A DNA stretch of 11,792 nt, taken from assembly GCA_041497895.1 (NCBI GenBank), contig JBGQHJ010000151.1:1-11792 (forward strand). The letters run 5' to 3'. The position numbers and the translations under genes were made by a program. The DNA comes from Candidatus Methylomirabilia bacterium (lineage in GTDB: Bacteria; Methylomirabilota; Methylomirabilia; Rokubacteriales; CSP1-6). The notes beneath the pieces were generated by a model, which saw only the letters and a program-made list of their open reading frames with translations, had not been told where the DNA came from and ran no database searches. Positions 1-5,859 of the stretch are shown here, one piece after another; within the stretch, counting starts at the first letter, position 1, and every line of letters begins with the position of its first letter.

Positions 1-1
1 C

Positions 2-55
2 TCCGACTACACGGGCGCGATCGACCTCAAGTACGTCCCGCTCTCCGAGCGGTAG
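2..55 (+). CDS. 3' end of a probable citrate synthase / 2-methylcitrate synthase (partial, runs in from the left edge)
   Basis: Frame 2 reads SDYTGAIDLKYVPLSER-TAG(53-55). This fits the C-terminal RPxxxY(T/V)GxxxxxYVPLxxR tail of bacterial citrate synthase family enzymes. Only 17 codons are visible. Confidence 0.55.
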   Translation, partial: SDYTGAIDLKYVPLSER

Positions 56-126
56 CCGGGCCGCGGCCGTCTCCCTGGCGGTGGCCGCCGGCTCCGCGCT
101 CGTGAGCGGGCCGGCGCGGTAGGCCG

Positions 127-960
127 ATGGCCACGAGCCCGATCGGCACGAGCCCAATCACCACTTCTGTGGTCCTGGTCGTCTACAACCAGCTTGCCCT
201 CACCCGCGCCTGCCTCGAGAGTCTCGCGCCCGCCACCCGCCCGTTCGAGCTGTGCGTGGTGGACAATGCATCTTCCGACGGTACCGAGGGCTTCTTCCGG
301 GAGTGGGCCGGCCGCGCGTCGCTCCGCTACCATCGCAACCCCGAGAACGTCGGGCTCATCCGCGCCCTCAACCAGGGCGCCCGGCTCGCCGGCGGCGACC
401 GGCTCTGCTTCCTCCACAACGACACCGTCATGCGCGAGCCGCGCTGGCTCGAGCGCCTGGAGGCGGCGGTGGACGGACCCGGGCGTATCGGCCTGGCCGG
501 GCTCTACGGGGCTCGGCGCCTGCGCCGCGACGGGCGCTACGTGGGCCGGACCATCGTCCACGCCCTCGACGGGCAGGCGACGCTGCGCGCCCCGGTCACC
601 GAGGTGGCCGCGGTGGACGGGGTGTGCCTGTTCCTCCCCCGCGCGATCCTCGAGGCGGTGGGCGGCTTCGACGAGGGCTACGGCTTCTTCCACGGCTACG
701 ACCGCGATCTCTCGTTCGCGGTGCGCGAGGCGGGCTGGCGCTGCGCGGTGGTGGACGCGCCGTTCCTGCACCGGGGCGGGGGCACGCGCACCGGGGAGGG
801 CGCGCCGGTGGCCGCGCCCGAGGACCTGGCCCAGCGGCGGGCCGCGCTGGCGCGCTTCGCCGGGAAGTGGCGCCACCGGCTGCCGTGCGACGTCCGCCGC
901 CTGCCCGAGCGCCTGCGCGATTGGCTCGCGGGAGCACGGGCGGTATCATGGCGCGCATGA
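127..960 (+). CDS. Family 2 glycosyltransferase (GT-A fold)
   Basis: 277 aa with SVVLVVYN, VVDNASSDGT, NVGLIRALNQG, FLHNDT (DxD-equivalent), VGGFDEGY and HGYDRDLS motifs. The stop TGA overlaps the downstream ATG (ATGA at 957-960). Confidence 0.92.
   Translation: MATSPIGTSPITTSVVLVVYNQLALTRACLESLAPATRPFELCVVDNASSDGTEGFFREWAGRASLRYHRNPENVGLIRALNQGARLAGGDRLCFLHNDTVMREPRWLERLEAAVDGPGRIGLAGLYGARRLRRDGRYVGRTIVHALDGQATLRAPVTEVAAVDGVCLFLPRAILEAVGGFDEGYGFFHGYDRDLSFAVREAGWRCAVVDAPFLHRGGGTRTGEGAPVAAPEDLAQRRAALARFAGKWRHRLPCDVRRLPERLRDWLAGARAVSWRA
944..949 (+). promoter_or_regulatory. Possible -10 element (TATCAT) for a leaderless dapF transcript starting at ATG 957
   Basis: TATCAT matches TAnnnT and lies 7 nt before ATG 957. 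No clear -35. The hexamer overlaps the alternative ATG at 948. Confidence 0.25.
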
Positions 961-1820
961 TTCCCTTCGCGAAGGGGCACGGGCTCGGCAACGACTACAT
1001 CGTCATCGACTCGGCCGATCTGCCGGCGGCGCTCACCGCCGCGCAGGTGACGCGCATCTGCGACCGCAACTGGGGCGTGGGCTCGGACGGCATCCTGCTG
1101 CTCACGCCGCCGTGGGGCGGGGCGGACTTCGGGCTGCGCATCCTGAACCCGGACGGGAGCGAGGCCGAGAAATCGGGCAACGGGCTCCGGATCTTCGCCA
1201 AGTACCTCCACGACCACGGGCACGCCAAGAAGCCGAGCTTCACCGTCGCGACCAAGGGGGGCCGGGTCGAGTGCACGTGCCACGTGGTCGACGGGCGCAT
1301 GAACCTGGTCACGGTGGAGATGGGGCGCTGCACCTTCGTGGCGCCCGAGATCCCCATGAACGGGCCCGAGCGCGAGGTGGTGAAGGTACCGCTGCAGGTG
1401 GACGGAGAGACCTTGCTGATCACCGCGGTGTCGGTGGGCAACCCCCACTGCGTGATCTTCACCGACCGGCTGGACGAGGCGCTCGTCCGCCGGCTCGGCC
1501 CCAAGGTCGAGCACCATCCCGCGTTCCCCAACCGCATCAACGTGCAGTGGGCGCGGGTGGCCTCGCGCTCCATGGTCGACATCCTGATCTGGGAGCGCGG
1601 GGCCGGGTGGACGCTCGCGTCGGGCTCGTCGTCGAGTGCGGTCGCGTGCGCCGCGGTCCGCAACGGGCTCTGCGACCACGGGCTCGTCACGGTACGGATG
1701 CCCGGGGGCGAGCTGTCGATCGACGTGCGCCCGGACTGGTCGATCCGACTCCAGGGCGCGGTGGAGGAGGTCTACACCGGCGCGCTCACCCGCGACTTCA
1801 TGGTCACGCTCGGAATGTAG
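948..1820 (+). CDS. dapF: Diaminopimelate epimerase family protein, Ser/Ser active-site variant (start 948 or 957)
   Basis: Has FAKGHGLGNDY, DRNWGVGSDG, NPDGSEAEKSGNGLR, VGNPHCV, FPNRINV, WERGAGWTLASGS and MPGGEL, all DapF signatures. The canonical CGNG and ACG(T/S)G cysteines are Ser (TCG 1173-1175; TCG 1620-1622). Confidence 0.93.
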   Translation: MARMIPFAKGHGLGNDYIVIDSADLPAALTAAQVTRICDRNWGVGSDGILLLTPPWGGADFGLRILNPDGSEAEKSGNGLRIFAKYLHDHGHAKKPSFTVATKGGRVECTCHVVDGRMNLVTVEMGRCTFVAPEIPMNGPEREVVKVPLQVDGETLLITAVSVGNPHCVIFTDRLDEALVRRLGPKVEHHPAFPNRINVQWARVASRSMVDILIWERGAGWTLASGSSSSAVACAAVRNGLCDHGLVTVRMPGGELSIDVRPDWSIRLQGAVEEVYTGALTRDFMVTLGM

Positions 1821-1830
1821 GAATGTAAGA

Positions 1831-1877
1831 CCCGACCCCGATGGCCGGCGGCGCGGGCCGTCGGCCATCGGGGCGGG
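1831..1877. terminator. GC-rich hairpin between convergent dapF and slyD-like genes, probable (bidirectional) terminator
   Basis: Arm CCCCGATGGCCGGCGGC (1836-1852), loop GCGG, arm GCCGTCGGCCATCGGGG (1857-1873): a 17-bp stem with one G-U, extendable by CCCG/CGGG. Only a weak U-rich tail (TCTTACATT) on the minus strand. Confidence 0.7.
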
Positions 1878-1880
1878 ACT

Positions 1881-2444
1881 CTACTTGGTGGGGGGGGCCG
1901 GGGCCGGAGCCGCTGCGGGAGCGGCGGACGGGGGCTTCACGCCCACGACCTTGACGTCGAAGAACAGGGTCTTGCCGGCGAGCGGGTGGTTGAGGTCGAG
2001 CACGACCGTGGTCTCCTTGATCTCCTTCACCACCACCGGCCGGGTCTCGCCCGAGCCGCTGCGGGCCATCAGGGCGGTGCCGACCTTGAGCCCTTCCTTG
2101 GGCACCGCGTCCTTGGGCACCTCGGTCTGCGCGTTCGGAACGACCGGGCCGTAGGCGTCCTCGGGCTTCACCACGACCTTCTTCTCGTCGCCGGGGTGCA
2201 TGCCGATCAGCTCCCGCTCGAGGCCGGGGATGATCTGCTGCTGGCCCTGGGTGAACGTGAGCGGGTCCTTGCCCTTGTTGGTGTCGAGGACCTGGCCGCC
2301 CTCGTCCTTCAGGGTGTACTCGATGCTCACGTTGGAGCCGTTCTGCACGGTGCCCGCGCCCGGCGCGGTGGCCGGCGTCTGCGCGAACGCGGTCGACGCG
2401 AGGAGTGCCACGATCGCGGCCGCGAGCTGTCCGATACGAGTCAT
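1881..2444 (-). CDS. FKBP-type peptidyl-prolyl cis-trans isomerase, SlyD/FkpB-like, with predicted signal peptide
   Basis: ATG 2444 is preceded by GGAGGAG. Motifs VSIEYTL, PLTFTQGQQQIIPGLE, PEDAYG and LDLNHPLAGKTLFFDVKV, with the insert-in-flap segment. The N-terminus MTRIGQLAAAIVALLASTAFA-Q looks like a Sec signal with an AxA site. 187 aa. Confidence 0.92.
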   Translation of the reverse strand: MTRIGQLAAAIVALLASTAFAQTPATAPGAGTVQNGSNVSIEYTLKDEGGQVLDTNKGKDPLTFTQGQQQIIPGLERELIGMHPGDEKKVVVKPEDAYGPVVPNAQTEVPKDAVPKEGLKVGTALMARSGSGETRPVVVKEIKETTVVLDLNHPLAGKTLFFDVKVVGVKPPSAAPAAAPAPAPPTK

Positions 2445-2490
2445 CGTCTCCTCCGAGCGCGCACATGAGCAGCAGAAAGCGCGTGATTCG

Positions 2491-2520
2491 ACTCTACACC
2501 CGCCCTCCGGCGGGACGCAA
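2491..2520 (-). promoter_or_regulatory. Putative sigma70-type promoter for the slyD-like gene
   Basis: Minus strand TTGCGT (2520-2515), 18-nt spacer, TAGAGT (2496-2491), about 45 nt upstream of ATG 2444. Confidence 0.35.
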
Positions 2521-2544
2521 CGCAACCGGCCGGCCGGGGGACCG

Positions 2545-2553
2545 TGGTATCAT
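2545..2553 (+). promoter_or_regulatory. Putative extended -10 promoter (TGnTATCAT)
   Basis: TGGTATCAT ends 10 nt before the TTG at 2564. No Shine-Dalgarno sequence in between. Confidence 0.35.
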
Positions 2554-2563
2554 CCCCGCGACC

Positions 2564-2977
2564 TTGAGAGCCTTCTGCGCCTGGTGCCAGCGAGACGGCG
2601 GGCCGTCTTTTCTCGGCGAGCGAGAGCCGTTCGATGACGACAGCGAGACTCACGGGGTCTGCCGGCGCCACCTCCAGTACATCCTGGCCGCGCTGCCCTC
2701 GCACTCCTTCCCCGACGTCACCTACCTGGTCGTGGTGCGGCCCGGTGAGGATGCGCTGCACGACTACCTCGAGCGGGCCTTCCTGGGGGTGCGGGGGGTG
2801 AAGGTGATCATGGACCGGCGCGAGCGCGAGCGCCGACGATCCCAGCGCCACGGGACCGACGACCGCCGGCAGGTGGAGCGCCGGCAGCCGCGGGGCATCT
2901 GCTACGCGCTCGGCTACACCACGGTGCGCTTCAGCGCGGGCACCGAGGGTGCGAGCGCGGGGCCCCTGATCGACTGA
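2564..2977 (+). CDS. Hypothetical protein with N-terminal CAWC...HGVCxxH putative metal site and C-terminal DRR/ERR repeats
   Basis: Lies in the frame of the 2405..2977 ORF. The protein-like part starts at TTG 2564 (LRAFCAWCQ...), 137 aa. The upstream extension would overlap the slyD-like gene and its promoter. Start is inferred. Confidence 0.7.
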   Translation: MRAFCAWCQRDGGPSFLGEREPFDDDSETHGVCRRHLQYILAALPSHSFPDVTYLVVVRPGEDALHDYLERAFLGVRGVKVIMDRRERERRRSQRHGTDDRRQVERRQPRGICYALGYTTVRFSAGTEGASAGPLID

Positions 2978-2990
2978 GGCGCGGCCCGGC

Positions 2991-3323
2991 CTACGGAACC
3001 CGCGGCGCCTGCGGCGGGGGCGCCGCGTCCGGCGCGAGCAGGCCGGGCTTGCCCAGGCGATGCAGCGCGAGGGTCGCCAGGCGGGTGACGTGCTCGGCGA
3101 AGACCTTGAAGGTGTCGGCGACCTCGAGGCGCTCGGCCCGGAGCAGGTCGAGCTCCTGCCGCATGGCCGAGTTGTCCTCCCGTAGCCGCCGGTTCTCCTC
3201 GACCAGCGCCTCGGCCTTCGATCCGAGCGCGGCCGCGCCCTGCAGGCTCTCCAGCGTGAGCCGGAAGAGGTGCTCGCCTTCCTTCACCCAGCGTACGAGG
3301 TCGGAGGCCGGATCTGCGGTCAT
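2991..3323 (-). CDS. Hypothetical coiled-coil protein
   Basis: 110 aa that fills the gap between neighbouring genes. Heptad-like stretch AEALVEENRRLREDNSAMRQELDLLRAER, and a Pro/Ala tail. Confidence 0.75.
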   Translation of the reverse strand: MTADPASDLVRWVKEGEHLFRLTLESLQGAAALGSKAEALVEENRRLREDNSAMRQELDLLRAERLEVADTFKVFAEHVTRLATLALHRLGKPGLLAPDAAPPPQAPRVP

Positions 3324-3404
3324 GGGCGGCTATCTTATCTCAAGCATCATGCGCGGTCAGCCGGGCCTGTGCGATGATACGCCGCGCACCGGGAAGGGCG
3401 ATCG

Positions 3405-4022
3405 ATGAGACGAGACGTGCGAAGCACCGTCGGGGCCATCGGGGTGGCGCTTCTGCTGGCGATCGGATTCACCCCGCTCCCGAACGTGGTCAGCTACTGG
3501 ATGGCTCCCGCCCGCGAGCTCGCGCCCGCCGGGGCCATCGTGATCCTGGGCCGCGGCGGGGTGAGCGAGCGGGGCGAGCTCGTCGGGGGCTCGCTGCTCG
3601 GGCTCATGGAGGGCATCGATCTCTATCGTCGCGGACTGGCCCCCCTGCTCGTGCTCTCCGGCTCCCCCGTCGGGAGCCGGTGGACGGAGGCGGGGCGGCG
3701 GGCGGACGTGGCGCGGGAGTGCGGAATATCCGGGCAGGCGATCATCACCATGTCGTCCGCGAGGACGACACGCGACGAAGCGCTCGAGGCCCGGTCGCTG
3801 CTGGCCCCTCGGGGCATCAGACGGATCATCCTCGTCACGGACGGGCAGGCGATGGGCCGGGCGATGCTGCTCTTCGAGCGAGCGGGATTCGAGGTCATCC
3901 CGTCGTACGGGGCCCCGGTCCTCGAGTGGGGCGGAACCCCCGAGGCGCGCCTGGGAGTGATGCGGCAGGTCATGATCGAGACGGTGGCCCGGCTGTACTA
4001 CCGGCTCGCCGGCTACCTGTAG
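3405..4022 (+). CDS. YdcF/DUF218 family (ElyC/SanA-like) membrane-anchored envelope protein
   Basis: N-terminal TM helix, then AIVILGRG, GIDLYRRGLAPLLVLSG, TEA, ARTTRDEA, IILVTDxxxMxRA and a C-terminal E...LYYRLAGY. GGGAAGGG upstream as RBS. Confidence 0.85.
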   Translation: MRRDVRSTVGAIGVALLLAIGFTPLPNVVSYWMAPARELAPAGAIVILGRGGVSERGELVGGSLLGLMEGIDLYRRGLAPLLVLSGSPVGSRWTEAGRRADVARECGISGQAIITMSSARTTRDEALEARSLLAPRGIRRIILVTDGQAMGRAMLLFERAGFEVIPSYGAPVLEWGGTPEARLGVMRQVMIETVARLYYRLAGYL

Positions 4023-4034
4023 GCGTGCCCGCCG

Positions 4035-4349
4035 ATGAAGCAGACGCTGCTTCTTCTCGCCGTGACCGGGCTCACCTCGGCGGGGGCCTGCGCGATCGGG
4101 GTACGCCGGCTGGGCCTGCCCGGCGACCGGCTGGGCCAGGCGATCCTAGGGATGTGCCGGTTCGCGGGAACCGCGATCGTGTTCCTCGCGCTGAACGTGG
4201 CGATCGGCCTCGCGGGGGTGCTCCTGGCCCGCGGCATCCTGGGCGTCTTCGTCTCGGTCTACCTCCTCAACGACGCGTTCCTGCCCGTCCTCTCGGTGCT
4301 CCAGGCGGTCATCTTCGAGTGCTGGCGCGGCCAGCGCGCGGCCCGGTGA
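4035..4349 (+). CDS. Small hypothetical membrane protein (about 3 TM)
   Basis: 104 aa, mostly hydrophobic. Starts 12 nt after the YdcF stop and ends 7 nt before the flippase start, so it is operon-like. Confidence 0.72.
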   Translation: MKQTLLLLAVTGLTSAGACAIGVRRLGLPGDRLGQAILGMCRFAGTAIVFLALNVAIGLAGVLLARGILGVFVSVYLLNDAFLPVLSVLQAVIFECWRGQRAAR

Positions 4350-4356
4350 CGAGCGC

Positions 4357-5838
4357 TTGACACGGGCCGCGGACGCGCAGAGCGCCCTGCGCAACGCCGG
4401 ATTCCTGGTGATGCAGCGCGGCGGCCTCCTGGCCGCCGGCGTGCTGTTCGTGATCCTGGTGCCCCGCCTCATGGGGCCGGCGACCTACGGGCGCTTCGCG
4501 CTGGTCTCGTCGCTCAGCACCATGTTCGTGATGTGCAGCACCCTCGGCTTCACCGAGGTGGCCGGCCGCTTCCTGGGGGCGCTCTCTCGCAAGCCGGAGT
4601 CGCGGGAGCTCCACCGGCTGATGGGCGGCCTGCTGACGGTCCGGCTCGCCGGCGGCGCGGTGGTGGCGGCCGCCTTCCTGCTCGTCACGACCCGGTGGCT
4701 CCCCGAGCTCGACACCCCGGCGCTCGCCGCGGTCGCCGCCGCGGTCTTCGTGAGGGCGGTCTCCCACCTCCTGTTCGCGTTCTTCCTGGGGCTGAACCAG
4801 GCGGCGCGCTGGGGAGCGGGGGAGCTCCTGAGTCGCGGGATGCTCCTCGTGCTCGTCGTCCCGGGATTCACCCTCGGAGGTTTTCGCGGAGCCTGCGCGA
4901 GCCTGCTCCTCGCCGAGCTGGCGACCCTGGGCGTCGCGCTGTGGTGGACTCGCTCGATGCTGTCGCTTCGCTGGCTGCGCGTCGACGCGGGCCACCTCGC
5001 GCCGTATCTGCGGGTCGGGCTCGTCTTCTTCGGGGGCAACCTGCTCTCGATCGCATTCCAGGCGAGCGGGGAGTCGCTCGTGCGGGTGTTCTCTCGTGAC
5101 TATGCGGAGGTCAGCTATTTCGGGATCGCCAACGGCGTCCATCTCTCGGCGGCCGCGGCCGTGCAACAGCTGAGCCTGGCGTTCGCCGCCGTGCTCACGA
5201 CGCTCCGCGAGCAGAAGGCGCACGCGGCACTGGGGGAGGGCCTGCGGAGCCTGGTGAGCTGGATGGCGGCGGCCAGCGTGGCCGCGGTCTTCGGGGTCCT
5301 GCTCCTGGGGCCGGACGTGATCCCGCACGCGGTCGGCCGGTCGTTCGAGCCGGTGGTGAGCACGCTCGTCCCGATGACCCTGGCGCTGCTGCCGATGTCA
5401 CTGGCGAGCGTGGCCAGCGTGGTGGCCCTGACCCACGATCGGCCGAGCGTGCTGCTGGTCGGCGCGGGCATTCGGCTTGCCGTGTTCTGGAGCCTCGGCC
5501 CACCGCTGGTGATCCATTCGGGTAGCCGGGGCGCCTGCCTGGCGGTGCTGCTCGCCTCGGGTCTGCAGGCCGCGTACATGGGCTGGAGGACGCGGGCGGT
5601 CATGGCGCGCGCTCTCGGGGCCTGGGGCGTGTCGGTGGTCGTCGGTGCCGTGTTCCTGCCCCTCGTGTGGCTCCGGTCGTCGCTGCTGGTCGACGCGGCG
5701 CTCTACGTGGCCTTCCTGGGGGGCTTTCTCGGGCTGCTGCTGCTCACGCGCGTCCTCACGCTCGGCCAGCTTGCCGAGACGTGGCGCGCGATCGGTCAAT
5801 CCGGGCGAGGCCGGCCGGAGTCGCGGCGAGAGTCCTGA
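4357..5838 (+). CDS. Wzx-like oligosaccharide flippase / polysaccharide biosynthesis protein (MOP superfamily)
   Basis: 493 aa with roughly 12-14 hydrophobic segments. The N-terminal ALRNAGFL...LVPRLMGPATYGRFALV and mid-protein EVSYFGIAN patterns are typical of Wzx/RfbX-type exporters. TTG start. Confidence 0.85.
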   Translation: MTRAADAQSALRNAGFLVMQRGGLLAAGVLFVILVPRLMGPATYGRFALVSSLSTMFVMCSTLGFTEVAGRFLGALSRKPESRELHRLMGGLLTVRLAGGAVVAAAFLLVTTRWLPELDTPALAAVAAAVFVRAVSHLLFAFFLGLNQAARWGAGELLSRGMLLVLVVPGFTLGGFRGACASLLLAELATLGVALWWTRSMLSLRWLRVDAGHLAPYLRVGLVFFGGNLLSIAFQASGESLVRVFSRDYAEVSYFGIANGVHLSAAAAVQQLSLAFAAVLTTLREQKAHAALGEGLRSLVSWMAAASVAAVFGVLLLGPDVIPHAVGRSFEPVVSTLVPMTLALLPMSLASVASVVALTHDRPSVLLVGAGIRLAVFWSLGPPLVIHSGSRGACLAVLLASGLQAAYMGWRTRAVMARALGAWGVSVVVGAVFLPLVWLRSSLLVDAALYVAFLGGFLGLLLLTRVLTLGQLAETWRAIGQSGRGRPESRRES

Positions 5839-5859
5839 GCGGAGGCCCCGCCCGTCGAC

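Noticed and set aside
56..126. Possible terminator or structured RNA after the citrate-synthase-like stop
   Set aside because: Only imperfect GC pairing, expected by chance at this composition, and no U-tract.
948..1820. dapF as a pseudogene
   Set aside because: The frame is full-length and intact with all other motifs preserved, and the two Cys-to-Ser changes are symmetric.
194..1868. Long alternative-frame ORFs 194..1828 (+), 7..876 (-), 696..1868 (-), 995..1690 (-) and the 252 start for dapF
   Set aside because: These are Arg/Ala/Pro-rich or antisense shadows of the GT2 and dapF genes, as expected in high-GC DNA with few stop codons. DapF homology starts only at 948/957.
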